A DNA stretch of 64,000 bases from the NCBI GenBank assembly GCA_963796275.1, contig CAWCKY010000007.1, positions 512,001 through 576,000 of the forward strand, read 5' to 3'. Below the pieces are notes generated by a model. That model saw only the letters and a program-made list of their open reading frames with translations, had not been told where the DNA came from and ran no database searches. Of the stretch, positions 10,609 through 20,890 are shown one piece after another. A program made the position numbers and the translations under genes. This DNA comes from an uncultured Acidobacteriota bacterium. GTDB lineage: Bacteria > Acidobacteriota > Blastocatellia > RBC074. Numbering within the stretch: the stretch's first letter is position 1; the number at the start of each line of letters is the position of its first letter.

Positions 10609-13600
10609 ATGCTACTCAGGGTCCCCTCTGCCGGCGCAGTGCTGTCGCTGGTTACACTTGTAGTACTCTCGATCGCACCGGTCCTCGCCCAGTCGAGCGC
10701 CGGCGGCGGTTCGATTCAAGGGACAGTCAAAGACGCTGATGGCGCTATCATTCCCGGTGCGAAAGTAGTCATCCGCCAGATAGCTACCGGGCGCGTCACC
10801 AACACAGTGAGCAACAACGAGGGATTCTTTTTCACCCCGCCGCTCAACATCGGCGCATACAGTGTCCGGGTCACAGCCGCCGGCATGAAATCCTGGGAGG
10901 GCCAACTTGTGCTGGAGGCCGGGCGCCTGGTGGAGATCAGCCCCGCGCTGCTGCCGGGCGAGGTGACGGAGACGGTGGTCATCTCGGGGAACATCACTCC
11001 GTTGACTACTACGACTGAACCGACTGATCACAGCACACTAGACAGCCAGCGCATTCAGGACCTACCCATCAATGGGCGTAATATCAACACGCTGATCGAA
11101 GACGTAACGCCTGGCGTCGAGGGCATCAACGACGTGAACGGCGGCGTGCGCATCAGCGGTTTGATGGCCTACTCGACCGAATATGTTCAGGATGGCGCTA
11201 CCTCGAATAACCGCGAATTCGGGGGCTCCGGCGGCATGCAGGGGCTGGAATCGATGGGTGAAGTGCGCATCGAGACGAGCACGTCTTCGGCCAAGTACAC
11301 CACTCCCACCAATGTGATCGTCTCGACCAAAAGCGGAACCAATGCTATTCACGGCTCATTGTATGAGACGCACCGCAACAACAGTTTCGGCGTGGCTCGC
11401 GCACGTCAGGACGTTTATTTTACGGGGGAGGAATACAAGGCGCCCCACCTCATCCGCAACGAGTTTGGCGGCTCGATCGGTGGCCCGCTTTTTCTGCCGC
11501 GTTTCGGTGAAGGCGGGAAGATCTGGTACGACGGCAGAAACCGCTCTTTCTTCTTCTTCTCGCGTGAAGGTATCAGGCTTCGGCAGGGCATCACCCGCGA
11601 GTTTACGGTGCCGACGGCGAGGATGCGGCAGGGCGATTTCAGCGAGTTGATCGACGCGCAGGGGCGCGAGATTCGTCTCTACGATCCGCTGACGACGAGG
11701 CCCGGGACGAGAGCCAACGGCCAGCCATTGACGGTGCGAGACCGGTTCCCCAACAACCAGATTCCGATCTCGCGCATCAGCCCCTTGGCCAAACGCATGT
11801 TTGAACTCACCCCGATGCCGACGGATATCACAAACCCGGTGACCGCCTACAACCTCAAGATGCCAGTTCCGACCAACGCATTTCCCAACCAGGATGGCGA
11901 TACGACGACGGTGCGCATCGACCACCGCTTCAGCGAAAGGGATAACTCGTTCATCAAGGTCAACGGCGGCAAGCAATACTATAACTTCCTCGGCACTGCC
12001 GGAAACAACGGCGCGCCGACGGCCAACAAAGAGGCCAATGTGACCTATCTGCCGATGCGGAACATCGCGGGCGCCCTGAGCTGGACGCACGTCTTCTCGA
12101 CGCAGTTCTTCGTCGAGACCCTCTTCAATCGAACCTGGCAGATCAGCCAGACTATGACAGGGCCGATCGACGAACAAAAAAATTGGTCGCAAGAATTGGG
12201 CCTGCCCAACGACTTCGGCGAGATGGGATGGCCGAACATGACGAACCTGGGCCTGGCCAATATCGGCGATAATCTCCACTATACCTATATCGAAGGCGAC
12301 AACCGTCGCGGGCTTCACAGCATCATCACCAGCTTCGAACAGAACTACACATTGATCCGCGGCACGCACAACATTCAGTTCGGCGGCAGATTTCGCAACG
12401 AGCGGAATCATCTGTTGCCCGACCAGGGTGGCATCTCGGGCACCTCTTACTACAACAGCCTGGCGACCGCATTGGAAAATCCGGCGAGTAGCGTCACGAA
12501 TCCCGGGGTGACGCCGCAGACCGGCTACGACACGGCCAATTTCTTCCTCGGTTACGCGGGCCGTTACGACGTCGGTTTTAAGCGAGGCTATCTACAGGTC
12601 TACGAGAAAAAATTCGGCTTCTACTTGCAGGACACTTACAAGGTAAGCCCCCGTCTGACCCTCACGCCGGGCATCCGTTGGGACATCAATCCGATCTTCC
12701 ATGAGCGCAACGGGCTGATCAACACTTTCGATGTAGATACTCACTCGCTCGTGCTGCCCGAATCTATGGAGTATTACTATAAAAAGGGCGTGACGACGCC
12801 CGAGATAGTAGAGAGATTCCGGAACGTAGGTATGGAGTTTAAGACCGCGGAAGAACTCGGGATGCCTAAGAGCCTCTTCAAGTCCAACCTCTACGACATC
12901 AGCCCGCGCGCCGGGTTCGCCTACCGGCTGTGGGATAATAACAAGCAGCTGGTTATACGCGGAGGCTACGGCATTTACACCTCGGCCATACCCATGCGGA
13001 CTCTGCTGGCGCAGTTTTCATCTCTGCCGCCGTTCCGCACGACATTCACCTACAACCCTAATAACGCAAACCAGAGCCCTGACGCCACGTCCAACTACCT
13101 GTTGAGGACTGCACCACAATACATCTCCGGCTTGGATTCCATAAATGCTGTGGACGTCGATAATCTGCTCGGCCTTGGACGCGGCCAGGCGGTCAGAGGG
13201 ATGGGCGAGAACCAGCCCAGTCTGCGAATTCACGAATGGAATTTGACGATGGAGAAGCAGATCAGCCAGAACACGGTCATCCGTCTTCGCTATACCGGCA
13301 AGCATGGCGTCAATGCCGATCAATTGATGGAGATCAATCCTCAAGGGAACGACTATTTTTGGTATGAGACGAAGCATGAGCCGATACCGCAGGGACAATA
13401 CGCCAGCGTGGCCCGGCGCGTCTATGACCAGAACGCATACACGGAAGTCCGCATCCTGGAAAAGTCAGGTTATATCAACTCATCGACGTGGTCGCTCGAG
13501 GTAGAGCGGCGATTTACCAAGGGGTTAGGCTTCCAGGCTTTCTACACGATGACAAACGCGCTGCGGATGGCAGGCAACTCGTTTCGCGATGATGTGGCGG

Positions 13601-14472
13601 TATTGCCTTCGATCTACTTGAAGGACACTTTTCCGCAGGACATAAGTGTAGACAAGCTCAACCGATTGCTCTTCTATGACCGTGACACGGGGATTCCGAA
13701 GCATCGTGTGCGCTGGAACTGGACTTACGAGCTGCCCTTCGGCACGGGGAAGAAGTTTGGGACCGCGGCCAGGGGCTTCCTCAATGGATTGATGGGCGGC
13801 TGGCGGTTGTCAGGCACCGGCACGGTGATAAATACCTGGTATGCGATGCCGACCGGTAACTGGGGCGAGATGGGAAATTTCGAGATATACGGGAAGAAGT
13901 ACCCGATTACGGATTGTCGCGCCACGCCTGCCAACGCGACCAGTCAGGCACAAGAACGATGCACGCCGGGTTATCTCTGGTTTAACGGTTACATTTCCGA
14001 GCGGAACATCAACAGCCGGAATGCGGCAGGGATTCGCAACGGCGTCTTCGGCCTGCCGGAAAACTACAAACCGGCGCAAAAGCCGATCAATCCGTGGCCC
14101 AAGGGAGGGCTGCCGACCGACCCAAGGGCGAACGATTACGATATGAATGTGGTTTACATCCCGATCAGAAACACAAACGGTACAATCTCAAACCAGCGCG
14201 TCACCTTTGACCTCGGTTACCACCCGTGGCGCAATCAGTACAAGATGGGGCCATTCAACTGGGTGATGGATACGTCATTGATGAAGTACTTCAGGATCAC
14301 CGAGAGGGTGAAGTTGAGGGCGAATATCGATTTTTTCAACGTCTTCAACATTCAGGGGTTGAACACGCCAAATGGCGAAGGCATCGTCAGCCTAAGTAAC
14401 TCGTATAATCCCAACAACCTGAACGGATTCAAGCCGCGCCAGCTTCAGGGCTCGCTGCGGATCGAGTGGTGA
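10609..14472 (+). CDS. TonB-dependent receptor (Oar-like)
   Basis: Signal peptide, GSIQGTVKDADGAIIPGAKV, TKSGTNAIHGS, QDTYKVSPRLTLTPGIRWD, C-terminal LRIEW; AGGAG RBS. Confidence 0.93.
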   Translation: MLLRVPSAGAVLSLVTLVVLSIAPVLAQSSAGGGSIQGTVKDADGAIIPGAKVVIRQIATGRVTNTVSNNEGFFFTPPLNIGAYSVRVTAAGMKSWEGQLVLEAGRLVEISPALLPGEVTETVVISGNITPLTTTTEPTDHSTLDSQRIQDLPINGRNINTLIEDVTPGVEGINDVNGGVRISGLMAYSTEYVQDGATSNNREFGGSGGMQGLESMGEVRIETSTSSAKYTTPTNVIVSTKSGTNAIHGSLYETHRNNSFGVARARQDVYFTGEEYKAPHLIRNEFGGSIGGPLFLPRFGEGGKIWYDGRNRSFFFFSREGIRLRQGITREFTVPTARMRQGDFSELIDAQGREIRLYDPLTTRPGTRANGQPLTVRDRFPNNQIPISRISPLAKRMFELTPMPTDITNPVTAYNLKMPVPTNAFPNQDGDTTTVRIDHRFSERDNSFIKVNGGKQYYNFLGTAGNNGAPTANKEANVTYLPMRNIAGALSWTHVFSTQFFVETLFNRTWQISQTMTGPIDEQKNWSQELGLPNDFGEMGWPNMTNLGLANIGDNLHYTYIEGDNRRGLHSIITSFEQNYTLIRGTHNIQFGGRFRNERNHLLPDQGGISGTSYYNSLATALENPASSVTNPGVTPQTGYDTANFFLGYAGRYDVGFKRGYLQVYEKKFGFYLQDTYKVSPRLTLTPGIRWDINPIFHERNGLINTFDVDTHSLVLPESMEYYYKKGVTTPEIVERFRNVGMEFKTAEELGMPKSLFKSNLYDISPRAGFAYRLWDNNKQLVIRGGYGIYTSAIPMRTLLAQFSSLPPFRTTFTYNPNNANQSPDATSNYLLRTAPQYISGLDSINAVDVDNLLGLGRGQAVRGMGENQPSLRIHEWNLTMEKQISQNTVIRLRYTGKHGVNADQLMEINPQGNDYFWYETKHEPIPQGQYASVARRVYDQNAYTEVRILEKSGYINSSTWSLEVERRFTKGLGFQAFYTMTNALRMAGNSFRDDVAVLPSIYLKDTFPQDISVDKLNRLLFYDRDTGIPKHRVRWNWTYELPFGTGKKFGTAARGFLNGLMGGWRLSGTGTVINTWYAMPTGNWGEMGNFEIYGKKYPITDCRATPANATSQAQERCTPGYLWFNGYISERNINSRNAAGIRNGVFGLPENYKPAQKPINPWPKGGLPTDPRANDYDMNVVYIPIRNTNGTISNQRVTFDLGYHPWRNQYKMGPFNWVMDTSLMKYFRITERVKLRANIDFFNVFNIQGLNTPNGEGIVSLSNSYNPNNLNGFKPRQLQGSLRIEW

Positions 14473-14484
14473 AGTGATCAATCT

Positions 14485-14570
14485 ACGCGAAAAGAATATG
14501 CAAAAAGAATGCGCAAAAAGACAAAAGACACGAAAAGAAAATTATTTTTTCGTGTCTTTTGGTTTCTTGT
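14485..14570. repeat. A-rich/T-rich inverted array, probable bidirectional terminator between convergent genes
   Basis: CAAAAGACACGAAAAGAAAA / TTTTTTCGTGTCTTTTG stem. Confidence 0.6.
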
Positions 14571-14588
14571 TACTATGGCGAGTCTTCT

Positions 14589-16871
14589 TCAACGCATCCC
14601 GGCATCGACGCTCAATACCGGCGGGCACTTCTCTCTTTTCTCCCTCTCCTGGCGCTTCTGCTCTTTCTTCGAGGGCCATTTGAGTTTGCCGAGTTCATTA
14701 TCCCCGAAATAGGGGACGGTGAACACGCCTCTGTCGGACCGCAGCGCCTCGCCCGTCTGCCGGTCGACCAGGACCCAGTCGAGATTCACCAATAGATTTT
14801 TCTTGTCTCTGCTGCCGTCGGGTTTCTGTGCGTATCCGATCTTGGTGATTATGAAAGATGGAAGGTCCGATTCGGCGGCGGCTGTGATATCGCCTTTTTT
14901 CGCTCCCACCCATCCGCTCGGGCCCGCATATTTGTTCTTATTTTTGTTGATTGAAGGAGAGCCCAGGCGCAGGAAACCGAGTATGCGCTCCATTACCGTA
15001 TCGTTGAGCGCATGGTTGTGAAATAGCGCGAGCGATGCGGGCGCGCGGAAGAGGTTATACGGGCGGTATTGCCGGTTGTCTCCGGGGACGCCGGGAACGA
15101 TGGTCACCATCGCCATATCCTTATCGTAGCCCAGGTATCCTCCGCCTTCGCTGCGATTGTTCTGCAGGTCGAGAGAGACGTTCCACCCGAGCGTCTCCAA
15201 AAACCCCGGCATTTCGATTGAACGATGGAAAATGAGGAGGCGGCTCAGCTGGAGATTGGACAATTTACTCGGATCGACGCTCTCGGTGTATGCCCGTTTC
15301 TCCTCTCTGACGATGTTTGAGAGCCGTCTCACCGTGCGATAGAACCCATTCCTGTTGGCGGCATCGATCTCCCGCTCCAGCTCTTTCACGAGATCGTTGT
15401 GGCTGCGCTCGACGATGCGGTCTATCTTGAGCTCTTTGACGGCCGCCAGCAGAGCCGACCGGTCGAGCAGAAGTTTGCATTCCTCATCGTTGCCCGAGAT
15501 ATCGGCGAGAAATACGACGTCGGCGACCTTCACCTCTTCCGCGAGTTGGCGGACCATCCGCGCGATCTTCTCCTTCTTTTCAGGCGTCAGCATCTGCGTC
15601 AGTATAGCGATCCGCTCCATATTCCAAACGGTCGAAGGAACGGGCGTCCCGATACTCCTGAGGAATGTCCTGGTCTCCTGGTATTGCGGAGAGAGCAAGG
15701 CCTGCAGAGCTTCTGAGTTGTCCTTGAATTCCCTGAATGAGAGGAGAAAATGGCGGGCAGTCTCTTGATTGATATCAGATCCGTACTCATCGAGTATCCG
15801 CCGTAAGAACATAGCGAACGTCGGGCATTTCACCTCGTTGGCGAGCCTGTATGGGCCGAGGTGATATACCGCGGCGCTGAATGGGCCGAAATCTTTCGGC
15901 TGCAGTTTGAGCTGTTGCACGAAAGAGTCGAGAGAGTCGAAGGGAATCTTGTGCTCTTCACCGAGGACCAGGAGCTGCAACGCGGGCGCGAAAGCATTTC
16001 CCGATCCATCGTCGACCGTTGGAGCGATCCTCTTGAGCAGTTGCTGGAACTCTTGCGGCGCGGTTTTGCGGCTGAGCACCCGCCGGAGCCAGTAAGAGTC
16101 CCCGACGCTCGAGAGCATCGGCCCCACGACGTGGTTCGGGACCTGGAATTTGGTGTTCAGGACAGAAGCGGCCATCTTGAATTTCGAAGTCTCGAATGGG
16201 CCGAACCACATTGAATTGCTGATCTTGATGAGCGACTGGGTTCCAATCCTTCCGTCCCGGAATACGCCTGCGTAGTAGCGTTTGATGAGTTCACGGTTCT
16301 CCATGACAATGGGGTACTTCTCGATGAGCTCCGGACCATACTCGTTAATGGTATCGAACGAGTCATCGACGATGTTCCCGTTTCTATCCTGGAAACCACA
16401 TCCGAATTCCTTGAGAAGCTTCTGGTATCGCCGCGCGTATAAGCCATTTAAAAAGAAATGGCGAGCCTCCTCTCCTTCCTCGGAGAGCAGGTATTCGATA
16501 TGGCGCGGACGGATGTTGGCAAATTTCCACTCCTCATTTAATGATTTTTCGATACGTTCTCGGAGCGGCGGAAGCTTGAAGAGCCGCTGCCAGAATGATC
16601 TCTGTTCCTGCTGCGTTTGGGGAGGGTCGTTCTTCGGATCCTGTGTTGGTATGGGTTGAGGTTCTTGCTCGGCAGTTTTCTTCCCCTCAGGCTGCTTTTC
16701 CTGGGGGGCACCGGCAGCGGCTGGCGCCGCTGAGACTTGTATAACTGGTATCGCTCCTTCCACTAGCTTGAGGTGGGAATTCCCGTAGGAAACTCTCCTT
16801 GAAACTGCCCTCTCGTGAACTCGATCGATGACTGGTTGAACCGGTAAAGACGCTGGATTAAAGATCATCAT
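14589..16871 (-). CDS. Hypothetical ~760 aa protein with C-terminal JAB/MPN+-like motif
   Basis: Long ORF; GAGGTG RBS favours ATG 16871 over 16898. C-terminus has SEGGGYLG ... FHNHA ... AGPS ... GD. Confidence 0.75.
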   Translation of the reverse strand: MMIFNPASLPVQPVIDRVHERAVSRRVSYGNSHLKLVEGAIPVIQVSAAPAAAGAPQEKQPEGKKTAEQEPQPIPTQDPKNDPPQTQQEQRSFWQRLFKLPPLRERIEKSLNEEWKFANIRPRHIEYLLSEEGEEARHFFLNGLYARRYQKLLKEFGCGFQDRNGNIVDDSFDTINEYGPELIEKYPIVMENRELIKRYYAGVFRDGRIGTQSLIKISNSMWFGPFETSKFKMAASVLNTKFQVPNHVVGPMLSSVGDSYWLRRVLSRKTAPQEFQQLLKRIAPTVDDGSGNAFAPALQLLVLGEEHKIPFDSLDSFVQQLKLQPKDFGPFSAAVYHLGPYRLANEVKCPTFAMFLRRILDEYGSDINQETARHFLLSFREFKDNSEALQALLSPQYQETRTFLRSIGTPVPSTVWNMERIAILTQMLTPEKKEKIARMVRQLAEEVKVADVVFLADISGNDEECKLLLDRSALLAAVKELKIDRIVERSHNDLVKELEREIDAANRNGFYRTVRRLSNIVREEKRAYTESVDPSKLSNLQLSRLLIFHRSIEMPGFLETLGWNVSLDLQNNRSEGGGYLGYDKDMAMVTIVPGVPGDNRQYRPYNLFRAPASLALFHNHALNDTVMERILGFLRLGSPSINKNKNKYAGPSGWVGAKKGDITAAAESDLPSFIITKIGYAQKPDGSRDKKNLLVNLDWVLVDRQTGEALRSDRGVFTVPYFGDNELGKLKWPSKKEQKRQEREKREKCPPVLSVDAGMR

Positions 16872-17579
16872 ATACACCTCTGGATAGTACAAACCCATCC
16901 TTGTCTTATGTTTTACGAATCAAGCTCAAGTACGGTGATTGTTCGACTCCCTGCCTCTGCCACGATCGTACTAACACTTCTCCTAAACAGGGGGATGATA
17001 TCTTTTCTGTTCAGCAGTGTTAGGAGTCGCGGCATAGACTGGGAGTCCGAGACACGCAGCAGTGTGCTCGCTCGGGGAAGACAGCCTATATCTTTATTGA
17101 CTCTGGAAGGGTATTGGAAAACGATATAAGAAGTCAACGTTTTTTAACTTGTTCTTCAGAAAATTTCAATGTGGCATTGAAAGACTTAGAGTTATCAGTT
17201 TCCAAAACTTTTTAAGATTTCTTGTAGAGTGGGTAGGCCAACCCTGCCAAGTTATCAGTTGAGGAATTAACAGTGTATGAGTGATAAAGACAAGCCTGCA
17301 TCGGCCGTGAAAAGCTGCTCAGAGGCAAGGTAGCTGATAAGAATCCGACGATCATTTTCGAGGTTCTGCTGCAATAAACTTAAGCCAGGGACCCAAATCG
17401 CAATCGGCAGGCATAAAGTGGCATTGAAAGTCCGTGAGGTTAACCGATCAGTGCGCGCCGGTTGTAATTGTCTATACTCGATAAGCCGCTGGATGAGAGG
17501 GTGCGGAACACACTGGATTGAGAATCCGTAATCGAGATTGCAGATATTCGATCGCTCAGTCGAAAACGTGGAGATTCCG

Positions 17580-18107
17580 ATGAAAACCATATTCAGGATG
17601 AAGCGCATAAGACTGGGAACGCTATGGATAGGGGTCACAATGGTTGTGTTAGGGCTAATACCGATCCGCTCGCCGTCGATTGACGCGAATCGAACGAACA
17701 ATCCCGCCTTCAAAATAGAGGGTTTGGCCTGGATGAGCGGAGATTGGGAAACGTCTCGGGGGCGCGCGCAGATCGATGAACACTGGTCGCGGGTCGCGGG
17801 TGGTTCGATGCTCGGCATGAGCCGCACCGTGGCGGGTGGCAAGACCGTCTCCTTCGAATACCTGCGCATAGAAGCGCGGGGTACTGAAATTTATTATGTT
17901 GCCCATCCTCAAGCCAGAAATCCTGGCACTGATTTCAAACTGGTGCGACTGAACGGTGAGGAAGCCATCTTTGAGAATCTGGCGCACGACTTTCCGAAAC
18001 GCGTAATCTATCGGAAAAATCGAGATGGCACATTGACTGCGCGCGTCGAAGGAGATGGGACCGAAAAGGAAAAAGCCCAAGAGTTCCATTATCGGCCCGT
18101 TCCATAA
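17580..18107 (+). CDS. DUF6265 family secreted protein
   Basis: LAWMSGDW...EHW...GGSMLGMSRT...FEYLRIE...FENLAHDFPKRVIY; GGAG RBS before ATG 17580. Confidence 0.8.
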   Translation: MKTIFRMKRIRLGTLWIGVTMVVLGLIPIRSPSIDANRTNNPAFKIEGLAWMSGDWETSRGRAQIDEHWSRVAGGSMLGMSRTVAGGKTVSFEYLRIEARGTEIYYVAHPQARNPGTDFKLVRLNGEEAIFENLAHDFPKRVIYRKNRDGTLTARVEGDGTEKEKAQEFHYRPVP

Positions 18108-18114
18108 GCAGAAT

Positions 18115-18588
18115 TCAATTGACGAATGTCGCCTTCACGCGCTTTGACGCCAGGAAATACGGTATCCAAATAGCTGCGGTAATTCCGGCGCGCCAGAGTT
18201 CGATTGATGGTATGGCCTCGTACGTTTCCGCTGCTCCGGGAATATATCCTCTGAAGTAGGAGTCAGCGGCCACGAAAACCAGTGCGAGGAAGAACCACAA
18301 AATCATCAATTTGGGAGCTTTTCGCGATTTCCTGAAGAAGGAGAGCAAAGCCGCCAAACCCAATAGAAAGATAGTCAGGTTGCCCACAACCTCGAAAATA
18401 AGCACCGACGTCCAGAGCGGGTGATACGACTCGCTTCCTGGTGATGTGAGATCCTCCCAGTATTCTGACGAGAATATCGGCCACAGCCCCTCATAGATCA
18501 TATATATCAATCTGAGCGGGCTCAGGATCAATCCCAGGAGTGGCAGAATCAACCAGCCGCCTATCCCTTTAAGAGATTTTTGTTCCAT
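18115..18588 (-). CDS. DUF2569 family membrane protein
   Basis: IGGWLILP N-terminus, WIPYFLASKRVKATF C-terminus, four hydrophobic segments. Confidence 0.85.
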   Translation of the reverse strand: MEQKSLKGIGGWLILPLLGLILSPLRLIYMIYEGLWPIFSSEYWEDLTSPGSESYHPLWTSVLIFEVVGNLTIFLLGLAALLSFFRKSRKAPKLMILWFFLALVFVAADSYFRGYIPGAAETYEAIPSIELWRAGITAAIWIPYFLASKRVKATFVN

Positions 18589-18752
18589 CTCAACCTACCT
18601 CCTTATGGCATTTCGAGCTTGCGTTAGTGAGAAATCATCTGCTTGTGCGCTGTTCTTTAATGCAAAGGCCAACTTTTTCGATCATCGGTCCTCCGTTTCA
18701 ACTGATGTGGTGGCGAGGAGGCGAATTGGGTAGAGTTGAAAAAATTTCTGAC

Positions 18753-19856
18753 TCAACTCTCATTCACGAATCGCACTTCGAATGACCTGGCATTCGCCTC
18801 GATGAAGCGGACGAGTCGTTCGCCTTCATCTGTCAGCGCAGCACGATCCTTTTTGCTCAGCTTTTCGAACGGCTCGATCACGATCACCGCACTGTTTTGG
18901 GATTTCTCGATTTTCCACGCTCCCCGCACGAATCCGTCAACGAGAATAGTGGCGGCGACGCGCAGCCCCGGAAGGTAGACCCTCGACCGATGTTCATTCG
19001 CGATCACGCGTGTGCGGTTGCTGTGCGAAAGGAGCAGGTTGTCGAACTCAGGCAGGAACCGCACCGGCGCGGGCAGATCGCCCTCAGTGAGCGGCAGGTC
19101 GGGCAGGTCGAATAGTTCGCGCCGCCCATCCTCGCGATATGTTTTCAGCTCGGGCCTCAGCTTCTCAAAAGCGTCTTTCAGCTTGAGCCCCAACCACGCC
19201 TGCGCATCCGTCACGGAAGCTGGTCCGAATGCCGCCAGATAGCGGAAGATCAACTCCCTTAAATTGGAATTGGGCGATATGGGCCGGCCTAACCACGATT
19301 CGGCGAGGGTGAACTGGGGTTTGCTGGGGTAACTCCATCCGCTGTCGATCGGGACCTGGACGAGCGGGATTTGCGTGCGCACCGTATAGCGCATCGCACC
19401 GACATCCTTGTCGGGCATGAATTTGGTGACCATCTCACTGATCTCGGCGAAGGTCCTGGGCTTTTCGCCGATGAACCGCTGCGCCGCCGCTATGAGCGCG
19501 TCGCGGTTGAAATCCCCGCCCCGCCGTTTGGCGCTCGCGGCGCCGGCCTGGTCGAGCACCTGCTGGAGCGTCGCGCGGAACTTTACATAGTCCGCTGCCG
19601 TGAAGAGATGGAGCGTCGCGCGCATCAGGGTGGCCTTGATGACTTGCCGTTTCTCGATGGGGACGGACAGGCTCTCGCGCTTGAAATCGCGCAACCGCGT
19701 CCATAAGCCGACATAGGGCGGCAATGGGAGCTGGGCCTGAAGGCCGACCAGACGTTCGATGGCGGCGGGGACGGGTAATGACTCACGCTCGAGTAGCATT
19801 TGGCGCGCCAGGGTCGTGCGGTTGAGGTCACGCGGCTTTAAGATGCTGTTTGCCAT
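18753..19856 (-). CDS. Winged-helix HTH_42 (AlkZ-like) DNA glycosylase
   Basis: LARQMLL, GLQAQ (QxQ), MRATLHL, RYLAAFGPAS-x-x-DAQAW, LPEFDNLLL. Confidence 0.85.
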   Translation of the reverse strand: MANSILKPRDLNRTTLARQMLLERESLPVPAAIERLVGLQAQLPLPPYVGLWTRLRDFKRESLSVPIEKRQVIKATLMRATLHLFTAADYVKFRATLQQVLDQAGAASAKRRGGDFNRDALIAAAQRFIGEKPRTFAEISEMVTKFMPDKDVGAMRYTVRTQIPLVQVPIDSGWSYPSKPQFTLAESWLGRPISPNSNLRELIFRYLAAFGPASVTDAQAWLGLKLKDAFEKLRPELKTYREDGRRELFDLPDLPLTEGDLPAPVRFLPEFDNLLLSHSNRTRVIANEHRSRVYLPGLRVAATILVDGFVRGAWKIEKSQNSAVIVIEPFEKLSKKDRAALTDEGERLVRFIEANARSFEVRFVNES

Positions 19857-20002
19857 ATTTTCTGAATAGTTAAAAAAGAATCATGCGGATGGCAGCGGGA
19901 TAATACCACGAAAGATCCTGCATTCAATCAATTACGACGGTTCTTCTTGTATACATCGGGATCGGCGGATATTATGCTGGCCTCAGAAAGGAGATTCCTC
20001 AT

Positions 20003-20869
20003 ATGAAACGACTAGCCGTATTGCTAGGGCTATTGCTGGCCGGGGCGATTTCGTTGATGGCCGCTCGACAACAGGGGCAGCCCGCCTCCCTCGATATTCA
20101 GAAGGTGAAAGACAACCTCTACATAATTACCGGCGGAGGCGGGAATACCGCGGCATTCATCACGGAGAAGGGCGTCGTCGTGGTCGATACGAAGAATCCG
20201 GGAAACGGGCCGGGCATACTTGAAAAAGTGAAGTCAGTCACACCGAAACCCATAACCATGGTTATCAATACGCATACGCACGGAGACCACGTTGGGAGCA
20301 ACATCGCTTTCGCCGGCGCCGTGGAATTCGTCGCTCACGAAAATTGCAAAAAGAGCATGGAAAAGATGGACGCGTTTATGGCCGAGGATGGGAAAAAGTT
20401 TCTTCCGGGCAAGACCTATCAAGACAAGCTCAGCGTTCTGAGTGGCAGTGATAAAATCGATCTCTATCACTTCGGACCTGGTCACACCAACGGCGATACG
20501 CTGGTAGTTTTCACGGAGCTCAAGGTCATGCACACGGGAGATATGTTCGCCGGAAAGGGCACACCGATTATCGACACGAGAAACGGCGGCAGCGGCATCG
20601 AATACCCGAAGACCTTAGCGAAAGCCGCCGCCGGCATCACGGGCGTCGAGAGCGTCATTCCCGGCCACAGCGCCGTGACCGACTGGAACGCGTTTATAGA
20701 ATATGGCGAGTTCATGCGAGACATTGTGGCAGCGGCTGAGCAGGCGAAGAAGGATGGGAAAACCGCCGAGCAGGCCGCCGCAGACATCAAGTTGCCCGAA
20801 AAATACAATGGCTACAATATGACGCGGCTGCAGGACGGTGTCACCAAGATATATGCCGAGTTGAAATAA
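20003..20869 (+). CDS. Secreted MBL-fold metallo-hydrolase
   Basis: THTHGDH, GHTNGD, HTGD, IPGH motifs; signal peptide. Confidence 0.92.
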   Translation: MKRLAVLLGLLLAGAISLMAARQQGQPASLDIQKVKDNLYIITGGGGNTAAFITEKGVVVVDTKNPGNGPGILEKVKSVTPKPITMVINTHTHGDHVGSNIAFAGAVEFVAHENCKKSMEKMDAFMAEDGKKFLPGKTYQDKLSVLSGSDKIDLYHFGPGHTNGDTLVVFTELKVMHTGDMFAGKGTPIIDTRNGGSGIEYPKTLAKAAAGITGVESVIPGHSAVTDWNAFIEYGEFMRDIVAAAEQAKKDGKTAEQAAADIKLPEKYNGYNMTRLQDGVTKIYAELK

Positions 20870-20890
20870 CCGTATAAGGCATCTGGCAAG

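Noticed and set aside
17171-17430. CRISPR repeat ends (GGCATTGAAAG)
   Set aside because: Only two 13-bp copies 247 bp apart, with no full repeat or regular spacing.
17267-17869. 200-aa minus-strand ORF
   Set aside because: Overlaps the DUF6265 gene antisense and has no recognisable features.
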